The notes beneath the pieces are model-generated. The model saw only the letters and a list, made by a program, of their open reading frames with translations. It did not search any database and was not told the DNA's origin. Of a stretch of 64,000 nucleotides of DNA, positions 9,366 to 17,600 are shown in pieces. Position numbers and translations under genes: made by a program. Position 1 is the stretch's first letter; every line of letters begins with the position of its first letter. This DNA is from a virus: the IMG/VR virus record IMGVR_UViG_3300050025_000577, one strand, 5' to 3'.

Positions 9366-10553
9366 CTAGTCCTTGAAGGGATCCTCCACATCTGCCGGAG
9401 CCATCAGCACTGCCATGGGCTCCAGAGTATGGAGGATGCGGATGGTCTCGCCCTGTGCTTTCAGGACGTTATCCAGCGGGCGATATACCTGCGGGGCTTC
9501 ATCTGTGTCGCCGCCATACAGGATCACTTTCTTCGCCAGCAGCATGTCATTCATCATTTCGCGGGAGATCTGACCTTTTCCCGTGCGAACCATTTTCCCG
9601 CCGACCCATTTCTTCTTGCCAGCAGCCTGGGTGCGGGACATGAGGCGCCCTGCTCCGTGAACCGTGGAATACAGCGCAGTTCTGGAAGCCTCCGTGTCAA
9701 CGCCTTCCACAATTGCGGAGATGTCGCCCATGGACCCGCCGATAAATCCTCGCTGTCCAGGGAAAGCCGGCGTGGCGCCCTTGCGGATGACCCAGAAGTC
9801 CCGGCCTTCGTGTCTCTCCTTCCAGGCGAAGTTGTGATGATTGTGAACGCGCTCTATGGCTTGAGCGCCCATGATCTCCAAAACACGCTCCACCACCCAG
9901 GTGCGCCCGGCCATGGCATATAAGCCCGCCAATTGCATGGCGGTAATATATTCCTTGCCGAGTTCCGAATTGACATCCAAGAGCGTGGGAGCCTGCATGA
10001 TCCCGTCTTTCCCACCGCCGGCCTTGATGTAGTGCTGGGCAATGTGATGTCCAAAACCGCGCGAACCGAAGTGAACACCCACCCATAGCCAGTCGTGTTC
10101 GTCCTTCAGGATGTCAACGAAGTGATTGCCGGCGCCGACGGTTCCAAGCTGGCCTTGAGCGATGGGAAGCAGTTCCTTGACCGCAGGAATATTCCAGGCA
10201 TCGTGGCTGTATACCATTGCGCTTTCGACAATTTCCTTGTTGACCTGTCCAATACCAAACGAAATGGTGCGGGCAATCTCGTATACCAGGTCGCTCCAAT
10301 AACCCACATTGTTGGTTTTGAAGGTGGTACGAACTGCGAGATTTCCGCAACCGATGTCATATCCCACGCCCGACGGCGAAACCACACCCATGTAGGCGGC
10401 CACTCCGCCGATCGGCATCGAATATCCCAAGTGTCCGTCAGCAGCCAGGACCGCGCGATATACGCGCTCATCACTGGCGATCATGTTGATCTGTTCGATG
10501 GTTTGGTCATCATGTTCCCCAAACTGAAAAATCTTATCGGCGATCTGTTTCAT
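9366..10553 (-). CDS. rtcB: RtcB family RNA ligase (3'-phosphate/5'-OH)
   Basis: DGHLGYSMPIGGV, GYDIGCG, GTVGAGNHF, HFGSRG, HNHHNFA, RKGAT, GSMG, STVHGAGR, DEAPQVYR. Confidence 0.95.
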   Translation of the reverse strand: MKQIADKIFQFGEHDDQTIEQINMIASDERVYRAVLAADGHLGYSMPIGGVAAYMGVVSPSGVGYDIGCGNLAVRTTFKTNNVGYWSDLVYEIARTISFGIGQVNKEIVESAMVYSHDAWNIPAVKELLPIAQGQLGTVGAGNHFVDILKDEHDWLWVGVHFGSRGFGHHIAQHYIKAGGGKDGIMQAPTLLDVNSELGKEYITAMQLAGLYAMAGRTWVVERVLEIMGAQAIERVHNHHNFAWKERHEGRDFWVIRKGATPAFPGQRGFIGGSMGDISAIVEGVDTEASRTALYSTVHGAGRLMSRTQAAGKKKWVGGKMVRTGKGQISREMMNDMLLAKKVILYGGDTDEAPQVYRPLDNVLKAQGETIRILHTLEPMAVLMAPADVEDPFKD

Positions 10554-10572
10554 GCTACCTCCATAATGGAAA

Positions 10573-10788
10573 TTAATTACAACGGCGAGCACGCCGCGCC
10601 GACCGCTCCAGGGACCGGACCCGCCGGATGTGCGGCAATCTGCGCCGCATGTTCAACAGGCGAATGACCTTGATCTGATGCGGGATGTCCGGGAAGCCCA
10701 ACGCCTGGAGCTTGATGGCTGCCACCCAATCCCTGCCATTTGCCACGTCAATGCTCAGGTTGTCGTACAGTTGCTTCATGGCCGACAT
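10573..10788 (-). CDS. Hypothetical phage protein
   Basis: Operon packing. Confidence 0.45.
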   Translation of the reverse strand: MSAMKQLYDNLSIDVANGRDWVAAIKLQALGFPDIPHQIKVIRLLNMRRRLPHIRRVRSLERSARRARRCN

Positions 10789-11071
10789 GTGATCCTTCCG
10801 TTATCGGAAACTTGTGCCACTCCACCTCGAAGGAGGCGGTTTCCTTGTTGAATGTCAGAGTGGTCTTGTCGTAAAGCTTGGCGTTCGCCAGTTCGGGAAA
10901 CGCCCGCCAGAGACGGGACCAAATCATATTGATGATGATCTCCGACAAAGCATGCCGGAGCACGTGGATCCGTTTGCTCTGCCTGCTCCACAGCATCACC
11001 GGCCCACCCATCAGATCGGTGATCCCCAAGCTCACCACTACACGGTCACGGTACTGTCTAATCGTTCCCAT
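10748..11071 (-). CDS. Hypothetical phage protein
   Basis: Operon packing. Confidence 0.5.
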   Translation of the reverse strand: MGTIRQYRDRVVVSLGITDLMGGPVMLWSRQSKRIHVLRHALSEIIINMIWSRLWRAFPELANAKLYDKTTLTFNKETASFEVEWHKFPITEGSHVGHEATVRQPEH

Positions 11072-11406
11072 TCAATCCCTGCTCCATAATCTACAAGTAA
11101 ACGCCAAAATTCCTGCATGGCTCTGGCTTCTTTCCGCGAGAGATGCACATCGTATTCGTTGAGGGCCGGCTCGCCGTTGTCCAAAGTTCGACCTTTGAAA
11201 AAGCCCGGGAAGCTCATACCGGCCATGTCGAAATTGAAATAGCTGAACTCGTCATCATCGATGGTGGAGATTTCCCAGGCCAGCCCATGGTGAGCCGCGA
11301 TCACCTTGCAACCGTCGATGAATTTGTCAAGCTCATTCATGGACAGTATGGGCAGACTCCAGGATAAGCGGCTGGGTAACATCAAATCCTTGATGGTAGG
11401 TCTCAT
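11038..11406 (-). CDS. Hypothetical phage protein
   Basis: ATGA overlap with 11403..12146. Confidence 0.55.
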   Translation of the reverse strand: MRPTIKDLMLPSRLSWSLPILSMNELDKFIDGCKVIAAHHGLAWEISTIDDDEFSYFNFDMAGMSFPGFFKGRTLDNGEPALNEYDVHLSRKEARAMQEFWRLLVDYGAGIEWERLDSTVTV

Positions 11407-12146
11407 TCTTCCTCCTCATCCAGGATGTCTTGAAGATCATCCTCGGATAATTGATCAAACTCGTTTTCTTCCTCATCCACGATGTATTGAATGTGGGGAT
11501 CGTAGGGAACTTCGGTGATGAAGTAGCCCATGCGGTTCGCAAAATGCCAGCCTTCGTTGATGCGAGAGCCGTCTTCATCGATCATCGTCCAGATTGTGTG
11601 AGGATCTTTGCTGCGAGCTTTGGCGACTGCTTCGTATTCGGGTCCAGAGGTCTCGAACATATAGCCATCAACAGAAGCGTTTTGATCGATGAAATTCTTT
11701 ATAGGCTTGAACATGCGGACCCATTGTTCCCAGCCCAATCTCAGAACACCATCCTTTGGCAGCGGCTCACACTCCGGACACCAAGTAATGTCTTCCGCAT
11801 CTTCCCTGGCGGCAACAGGATTGTGCGCATGCCAACCGCAGTGCTGGCAGAGCGTGGTGTGTCCCGCCGTTCCCATGCCCGCTTGACCGCATTTGGGACA
11901 ATGCGTTCCGCTATCCCTGACCTCGCGCCATTCGGTCGCCCATTCCGGCTCCCACTCGAACTCGATCATTCCGACAGCGGAAACATCCGGATGTTCTCCC
12001 CGGTATTGATCTTCAGCGGCTTCAGCGATCTCGCCTTGCGTGTGGCCGTCACAGCCTTCATCATCCAACTCAAGATCCAGCGTATATGGCCGCCAGGTGT
12101 GATCAGGCAGGCACACCGCCAAACGAACTCGATAACCTATCAGCAT
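11403..12146 (-). CDS. Multidomain phage protein with zinc ribbon
   Basis: CPKC...CQHC; C-terminal FKPIKN..MFET.G..IWT..GWHFANRMGYFITEVP; GGAGG RBS. Confidence 0.7.
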   Translation of the reverse strand: MLIGYRVRLAVCLPDHTWRPYTLDLELDDEGCDGHTQGEIAEAAEDQYRGEHPDVSAVGMIEFEWEPEWATEWREVRDSGTHCPKCGQAGMGTAGHTTLCQHCGWHAHNPVAAREDAEDITWCPECEPLPKDGVLRLGWEQWVRMFKPIKNFIDQNASVDGYMFETSGPEYEAVAKARSKDPHTIWTMIDEDGSRINEGWHFANRMGYFITEVPYDPHIQYIVDEEENEFDQLSEDDLQDILDEEEE

Positions 12147-12237
12147 TTCTGCCTCCGTAATATTTGGACTCCAAATGGTGCGCTTAGTGAACATTCGTTT
12201 CAGGAACATCTGTGCTATACTGCGCGTGGAGGTTCGT

Positions 12238-13155
12238 ATGGATCTGACTTTGAGAACAGCTCTTCAAAACTATCATCGGAATTTGATCGCCGAGAACAAG
12301 ACACCCAAAACCATCGAGGGCTACATGGATGGTCTGAAAGTCTGGGTCCAGGATATTGGGCCTGAGCGACAGGTGTCTTCATTGAACATTGCAGATGTCC
12401 AGGAACACATCATTTCCCTGCGAACCAAACCCGGGATCACCACAGGCTCCCTGATGTCCTCCCATTCCATCGCCAAGCGGTACGCCGTGATCCGGACCTT
12501 CGTTCGCTGGCTGCACGTGCACGGCTGGCTGCCTTCATTAATACTGGACGGTTATCAGGCGCCCAAGATCTCGAACGAGCTGCCCAGTCCGCTCAGCCCC
12601 GATGAAGTGGCGCGCCTGTTCGTCCTGCTGCGCAACCATTCCTTCCGCGACAAGGTGATCATCGAGTTCTTTCTCGACACCGGCGTTCGCCTGGAAGAGC
12701 TGGCCGGCCTGACCATGAACCGGCTCGATCTCGATGACGGCTGGGCCACCGTCATCGGCAAGGGACGCAAGACCCGTCGCGTTCCGCTGGGCCCCATCCT
12801 GGTGCGCGATCTGTTCGAGTATGTCTCCGTGCACCGGAAGCCGAAGCACAAGGATGAAGCGATCGTCTTCCTGAGCGAGCACGGAGAAACTCATGGCTGC
12901 GCCTTCAAGTATGAAGGCGTGCGTCAGATGGTGGACCGCCTGCTGACCGAGATCCGCGTCACCGGGAAGCATGGCGCACACACCCTGCGCCATACCTTTG
13001 CCACCATGTACCTTCGGAACGGCGGCTCCCTGGAAGGGCTGCGCATCATCCTGGGGCACACTGATATCAAGGTTACCCAGCGATATATTCACCTTCTGGG
13101 ATCGGATGTTCAGAACGAGCATCTGCGGGTGTCTCCGCTGGAAAGCCTGAGGTGA
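12238..13155 (+). CDS. Tyrosine recombinase, XerC/XerD-like
   Basis: Complete catalytic set: DTGVRLEE, GKGRK, HTLRHTFAT, LGHTDIKVTQRY; no IntI-specific insertion. Confidence 0.93.
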   Translation: MDLTLRTALQNYHRNLIAENKTPKTIEGYMDGLKVWVQDIGPERQVSSLNIADVQEHIISLRTKPGITTGSLMSSHSIAKRYAVIRTFVRWLHVHGWLPSLILDGYQAPKISNELPSPLSPDEVARLFVLLRNHSFRDKVIIEFFLDTGVRLEELAGLTMNRLDLDDGWATVIGKGRKTRRVPLGPILVRDLFEYVSVHRKPKHKDEAIVFLSEHGETHGCAFKYEGVRQMVDRLLTEIRVTGKHGAHTLRHTFATMYLRNGGSLEGLRIILGHTDIKVTQRYIHLLGSDVQNEHLRVSPLESLR

Positions 13156-13417
13156 CGTGAGATATAAGAAGCGAAAGACCCTGATCTGTACTTTGTTCAC
13201 TTTGCTCCGCCTGTTGAATAAGCAGGCGGAGTTTCTTTCTCTGTTCCTCGATGAAATCCAGGGACTTCTGGAGCAATAAGCGTGCATTGACGAATTCGTA
13301 TGGAGCACTGTTGTATTCGCCAGAGTCCATGGCCTGCCTGGCTTTCTCGACAAAGTCCTGAGCCGTACCCAGATCATCGCGAATATCGGTCAGGGTTGCG
13401 CTTATCTTATGATCCAT
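13073..13417 (-). CDS. Hypothetical coiled-coil protein
   Basis: Last gene of the leftward primase operon, converging on the recombinase. Confidence 0.5.
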   Translation of the reverse strand: MDHKISATLTDIRDDLGTAQDFVEKARQAMDSGEYNSAPYEFVNARLLLQKSLDFIEEQRKKLRLLIQQAEQSEQSTDQGLSLLISHVTSGFPAETPADARSEHPIPEGEYIAG

Positions 13418-13779
13418 TTCGCTCCTGCTGAAATCACCAGGTTGTACATGTAGTTCTCGCCGAACAACCTGGTGTTGTAGTAGAGGAAGTTTTTCCAGAA
13501 CCCGTTCTCGGTAACAGGCACTTCGACCCCTTCGCGTTTGCGGTAGTACGCCTGCGAAGACCGCCATACGAAACTCGTGAATAACCGGGCGAGGTCATTG
13601 GGGATCGCTTCCATGGTGAGCGAGGTGTGAAGTTTGAATCCATGCAGGTTTCTGTCGTCGGAAACCACGTAGATGACCGGGCAGTCCGAGTTGCACCATT
13701 CCGGCGCCGCCCGCTTCAGGGTGATGATGTGATGACCGCGATGGTCGTCATAGCAAAACTGATTGATCATTTCAACCAT
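13402..13779 (-). CDS. Hypothetical phage protein
   Basis: Overlaps the primase stop. Confidence 0.6.
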   Translation of the reverse strand: MVEMINQFCYDDHRGHHIITLKRAAPEWCNSDCPVIYVVSDDRNLHGFKLHTSLTMEAIPNDLARLFTSFVWRSSQAYYRKREGVEVPVTENGFWKNFLYYNTRLFGENYMYNLVISAGAKWIIR

Positions 13780-14717
13780 CCTTCAACGGCAGCCAGAGCC
13801 AGCTTGGGCTCCGCAAGCAAAAAGTCGTCAATATCTTTGTACTGTTCCGGGGGACGCTTGATCTCGGCCCGCAGCATCTCAGCGCGCTTCACCGCATACT
13901 CGTCCATCATCCGGCGCACTTTTGGATCCGGATCGTTGTCGGCCACCAGGATCCTACGGCTTGACCAGATCATGTGTGGAAGAAGCTCCGCGCAGGCTGT
14001 GCTTTCTCCGGCGGTCGGAGCGCATACCAGGAAACCATACTGGTCCAGAAGCATGGCGGCGATCTCGCCTTTTACGATCAGGATCGGGTCTGGGCTGTAA
14101 TAGATCCCGTTCAGGTTGAACAGTCCGTTGATGGAGCCTTCCATCGACGCATACCGGTCGCGGACATGCACTGCATGCACATTGCGCATCTTGATGCCTT
14201 GCAGTCTTCCGAAGTGAAAGGCCGGCATAGTCATCCACGTCTTGCCGAACATACCCGATTGGCCGACCATGAATTTCTTGAGGGTCTCCGGTTTCAAGCC
14301 GCGCATCTTTGCATATTCCAGCACCTCCGCTCCAGGCGGAACGAACGTTTCCCAAATGTCATTGGGCAGCGCCGGCGTTCTGGGAGCCCTGGCTGGCGGG
14401 GAGATTTTGTATCCGGCGCTCAGGATCTCCAGTGCCCGCCTGACATGCTCCCCATTCAAGCTGTCGTAGTTGGAAATTTGAAGATATCCGATCAAATCGA
14501 TCACGTCGCCGGATGCTCCGCATGCTCCGAAGCAATGGAAGTGCTGATGCCCATCCTTCATGGAGATGCTGAAGGAGGGCGTGTTGTTGTGATGCGGATG
14601 CTGCGGCAGCGGACATACGATCAGTTTTTTGTTGGTGGGGATTCCAAGAATGCTGTAGATGTCATATAGCTGCCTGGCTTCGTACACCCGGGAATGCCGC
14701 AAACCTTTTCTCACCAT
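13767..14717 (-). CDS. DNA primase-like protein (CHC2 zinc finger + TOPRIM)
   Basis: CPLPQH..TPSFSI..FHCFGACGASGDVIDL; IVKGEIAAM; VADND; YKDIDDFL. Confidence 0.85.
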   Translation of the reverse strand: MVRKGLRHSRVYEARQLYDIYSILGIPTNKKLIVCPLPQHPHHNNTPSFSISMKDGHQHFHCFGACGASGDVIDLIGYLQISNYDSLNGEHVRRALEILSAGYKISPPARAPRTPALPNDIWETFVPPGAEVLEYAKMRGLKPETLKKFMVGQSGMFGKTWMTMPAFHFGRLQGIKMRNVHAVHVRDRYASMEGSINGLFNLNGIYYSPDPILIVKGEIAAMLLDQYGFLVCAPTAGESTACAELLPHMIWSSRRILVADNDPDPKVRRMMDEYAVKRAEMLRAEIKRPPEQYKDIDDFLLAEPKLALAAVEGWLK

Positions 14718-14962
14718 AGCGTCGCCTGCGTGAGCTTGATTTCATTAGGCCTGGCAGGGCGGATCGCTTCCAGCGCCCGAAAGACCCAGTCAATAAATTT
14801 ATATCGGTCTGCATGGATGACCGTCCACTCTTCGCGAACATAGTCATACGATCGATCTTCGGGAGCGATGGCAGTCTTGAAGCGGGCAAGATCATCTTGA
14901 AAACGAGGCCGCTTGATCTGTACTCTCAAGGTCGTGGAATTGATCGCGTGAACAGATAACAT
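14711..14962 (-). CDS. Small HARP-like protein
   Basis: FKTAIAPEDRSYDYVREEWTV resembles the HARP 'R.yD...k.W' motif; GGAGG RBS. Confidence 0.5.
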   Translation of the reverse strand: MLSVHAINSTTLRVQIKRPRFQDDLARFKTAIAPEDRSYDYVREEWTVIHADRYKFIDWVFRALEAIRPARPNEIKLTQATLW

Positions 14963-15008
14963 GGTGACCTCCAAATCACCAAAGCGCCGTTAGGCGCCTG
15001 GTGATGGA

Positions 15009-15671
15009 TTACAAGGAGAATGTTTGGAGCCAGTAATTGGGGATGTTGTGGACCAACCGGTGTGGCTTGGCAACGCCTTGAGCGATCTCGCGGACGGTGT
15101 TTCCTATATGACCAGCGGCAATTGCTGCTGTGAAGAACGTGGCCTTCTCGGTGCAAGGAGCATCCGGGACACTATCATCCGTTATGCTCATGAGATGATG
15201 ACTATACGCATCGGCGTTTTCAACCTTATTGGGAACCAGGAAATGTTGATATTCCATAGCTCCCATTCGCGCATCAAGGTAAAAAGACCAGCGGCTATTG
15301 GGGTTGCATAGCGCAATCCAGATTTGCTGGCGAGCGAGGATGCTGTCGACCGCGGAGATGACCAGCGTGGAACGCAGTTCGCTATCGGGACCGATCCGTT
15401 CTTCGTGCCCGAACGGGAACACATCATCGGAATATTCCATCAGGGTCGCGCCAAGCGCCATCACCTTTGGCTTTCCGATATCGGATACTTTATGCAATTG
15501 CGTTGCGATGTTCTCTTCGCTGACCGTGTCGTCGTCGTACATGGCAATTGCTCGAACGCCCATCTTCGCCAGCATGAGCGCGGTGATCGCGCCGATCCCT
15601 CCGGCGCCGATGACCGTGGCGCTAAAGCCCGTAGGGATGTTGTAGATATTCTGGTGTCTTACATGGTTCAT
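15009..15671 (-). CDS. E1-like ThiF/MoeB-family adenylyltransferase
   Basis: GAGGIG, YDDDTVSEENIATQ, GKPKV, AVDSILAR, LDARMG; candidate catalytic Cys in DAPCTEKAT; no CxxC pairs. Confidence 0.9.
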   Translation of the reverse strand: MNHVRHQNIYNIPTGFSATVIGAGGIGAITALMLAKMGVRAIAMYDDDTVSEENIATQLHKVSDIGKPKVMALGATLMEYSDDVFPFGHEERIGPDSELRSTLVISAVDSILARQQIWIALCNPNSRWSFYLDARMGAMEYQHFLVPNKVENADAYSHHLMSITDDSVPDAPCTEKATFFTAAIAAGHIGNTVREIAQGVAKPHRLVHNIPNYWLQTFSL

Positions 15672-16354
15672 CGTTTGCCTCCATGGAACCTGTTGAGCAT
15701 GCCGCCGAGAAACGAGGTTTGAACGACGTCTTCCTCGTCCTCGTCATCCCAGCTTCCTTCTTCTTCCTCGTCGAGATCGTCATCTCCGTCCAGGCCGAGA
15801 TATGCGTCAGGATCATCGTCCCAGTCGTTTTCCATTTCGGACAGACCACCGCGGCGATTGGAATGCTCGGAAATCAGCTCGAAGATATTCCGCGAGGCCT
15901 CGAGTGCGAAGGACGGTTCAACGTTCAAATGCGCTGTGGCTCCATTTGGGCCATACGTGTCATAACGACCCACCCACCCCAGTGGAGTGCGGACAATGGA
16001 AATGGACCAGCCGACCAGTTCAGGCATGGAATTTCCAAGAGGCTCCCTGCGGCAGGTGTTGTCGTCCGTGCCGGACCAGTTGTGCATCCCGGGAATCCCG
16101 TTTCCCATTGGATGCCGATGGAACCATAACTTCATCTTGCGGGCATCCGGACGCTGTATGACCTCCAGGATCTTCCTGGATGGGATCTCGGTCCATGTAT
16201 AGGTGCCCACGTCCAGGATGACCACGTCATATACATGGAAGATCTGATGCTCACGGTCGAGATCCACGAAGCCGAAGCCGGAGAATTCATTGCGGGTCTG
16301 GCTGGCATAGGTCTCCAGCTTCAGCATGACCAGCGGGTCAAGGACGATCTTCAT
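15668..16354 (-). CDS. JAB/MPN+ metalloprotease (deubiquitinase-like) with acidic tail
   Basis: E23 (NEFSG), H79-x-H81 (WFHRHP), S94-x-x-D97 (WSGTD); D/E-rich C-terminus. Confidence 0.85.
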   Translation of the reverse strand: MKIVLDPLVMLKLETYASQTRNEFSGFGFVDLDREHQIFHVYDVVILDVGTYTWTEIPSRKILEVIQRPDARKMKLWFHRHPMGNGIPGMHNWSGTDDNTCRREPLGNSMPELVGWSISIVRTPLGWVGRYDTYGPNGATAHLNVEPSFALEASRNIFELISEHSNRRGGLSEMENDWDDDPDAYLGLDGDDDLDEEEEGSWDDEDEEDVVQTSFLGGMLNRFHGGKR

Positions 16355-17031
16355 GCTTCCTCCGTTGTGGGAAAATCGAGGTTGCGAATGAACGACAACA
16401 CAGAGCCTGCGTCATACCGGCTGACATACATCTGCAAAAGCCGGAAGAGTTCCGGGATGTCCGGAATATCCAGCAGTACGCGAATGGCCGGACCAAAACC
16501 GCCCCAGCACGTCGAAGCATGCTTGTCCAGGGGGTGCATGCCTTGCGGGTTGTTCTTTACAACATGGTGCGGATGGCGCAAGTTGGATTGCGGGAACTTG
16601 GTGGGGATGAAATGGAACGATCCGCTGTTCTGCGCGTCAAACGCATCCGCAGGAACATAGATCGCATACGGGCCCAGGAAATAGGTTTTCCCGTTGTCTT
16701 TGATCACAACCGGCTTGGTAACGCCGACCAGGTATTTCTTTAATTTGCCGTCGGCGCCTTTGTGCGCGACGGTCATGAACTTTTCGTAAGGAAGCACGCG
16801 CAGCCGGGTGAGTTCATACTCCGCGCCGACGCGTCCTTGAGAGTGACCGACTGTGGTGATAGCCAGGATGCGGGCATGAGCCGGTGCGCGTTTCTTGATG
16901 TATTCTTTGGCGCCGGCGGGATACTCGGCTGCACGTTCCTTCTCCCTCATCATGAACGCCCTGTAGATGTTCAGGACGCATTCCATGAATTTGGGATCCA
17001 CCGCCGCACGCTGGATGATTTTGATTGCCAT
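16351..17031 (-). CDS. Prokaryotic E2 (UBC-like) conjugating enzyme
   Basis: HPH (153-155) followed by TCWG (C175) and a helical end, the prokaryotic E2 signature; context between Ubl and JAB. Confidence 0.72.
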   Translation of the reverse strand: MAIKIIQRAAVDPKFMECVLNIYRAFMMREKERAAEYPAGAKEYIKKRAPAHARILAITTVGHSQGRVGAEYELTRLRVLPYEKFMTVAHKGADGKLKKYLVGVTKPVVIKDNGKTYFLGPYAIYVPADAFDAQNSGSFHFIPTKFPQSNLRHPHHVVKNNPQGMHPLDKHASTCWGGFGPAIRVLLDIPDIPELFRLLQMYVSRYDAGSVLSFIRNLDFPTTEEA

Positions 17032-17050
17032 GAGAGCCTCCGGGGAACGA

Positions 17051-17077
17051 AAACCCAGGCGTTAGCTGCCTGGGTTT
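17051..17077 (-). terminator. Terminator-like hairpin between Ubl and E2
   Basis: AAACCCAGGC-7 nt-GCCTGGGTTT followed by TCGTT on the minus strand. Confidence 0.6.
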
Positions 17078-17108
17078 CTGGCATCGGAAACGTAGTCAAG
17101 GGATTGCC

Positions 17109-17474
17109 CTAGGCTACGCTGCCTCCTTTGACGTTGCCGATCAACGTGACGGTCTGCCCGCCAGACACCAACGTCTCGAAGGAGATCGAATTACCGTCCA
17201 CATACGCATCCACCTGGCCGCTGTAGGTCAGGTTGGCGCGGACAACCAAATCGCGCAACGCGGCGGGTTCGTTCACCGGGATGTACCGCGGTTCCGCCCC
17301 GCTGGTCAGGATGGTGACGATGGTTGCGGGATCGATGTGATTGTCTTCGAGGAAATTCTCATCCCCGGTGTCTTCCGGCATCTCCGGCTCGGACGTATTC
17401 ATATCGTTCCCAGGCACGGGAGCCGCGGTGTCGCTGGTTTCATCGCCGAGAGTTGGATCAAACTGGTCTGTCAT
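17109..17474 (-). CDS. Ubiquitin-like (beta-grasp) protein ending VKGG-SVA
   Basis: Acidic ~45-aa leader, then a beta-grasp-sized domain (VTIL..LRDLV..YVDG..LVSGGQTVTLIGNVKGG); GGAGG RBS. Confidence 0.8.
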   Translation of the reverse strand: MTDQFDPTLGDETSDTAAPVPGNDMNTSEPEMPEDTGDENFLEDNHIDPATIVTILTSGAEPRYIPVNEPAALRDLVVRANLTYSGQVDAYVDGNSISFETLVSGGQTVTLIGNVKGGSVA

Positions 17475-17499
17475 TAGAGCCTCCAATTGGAATATCCGC

Positions 17500-17528
17500 A
17501 GTATACGCGGGTTTGGAATAGTTGTCAA
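17500..17528 (-). promoter_or_regulatory. Sigma70-type promoter of the Ubl operon with operator
   Basis: TTGACA (17528-23), 17 bp, TATACT (17505-00); TTGGAATAGT at 17513-22 in the spacer. Confidence 0.75.
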
Positions 17529-17600
17529 GCATATGATGTACAATTATTCCGTTTTGAATTACAATGAAACCAGCGCCGAAAGGCATCTGGAAGGAATTCA

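Noticed and set aside
12238-13155. Recombinase as the integron integrase for the cassette array
   Set aside because: Xer-like length and motifs, no IntI-specific insertion, and 7.5 kb from the array
14989-14995. GTTAGGC/GCCTAAC here and at ~30694 as attC cores
   Set aside because: They are apices of the UNAC hairpins; no paired core at attC distance and no cassette structure
15009-15671. ThiF gene as part of thiamine or molybdopterin biosynthesis
   Set aside because: No thi, moa or cysteine desulfurase genes nearby; E2 and JAB neighbours point to conjugation
15009-17474. CBASS or PRTRC assignment
   Set aside because: No CD-NTase or effector, E1 and E2 are separate genes, and no ParB partner in the window
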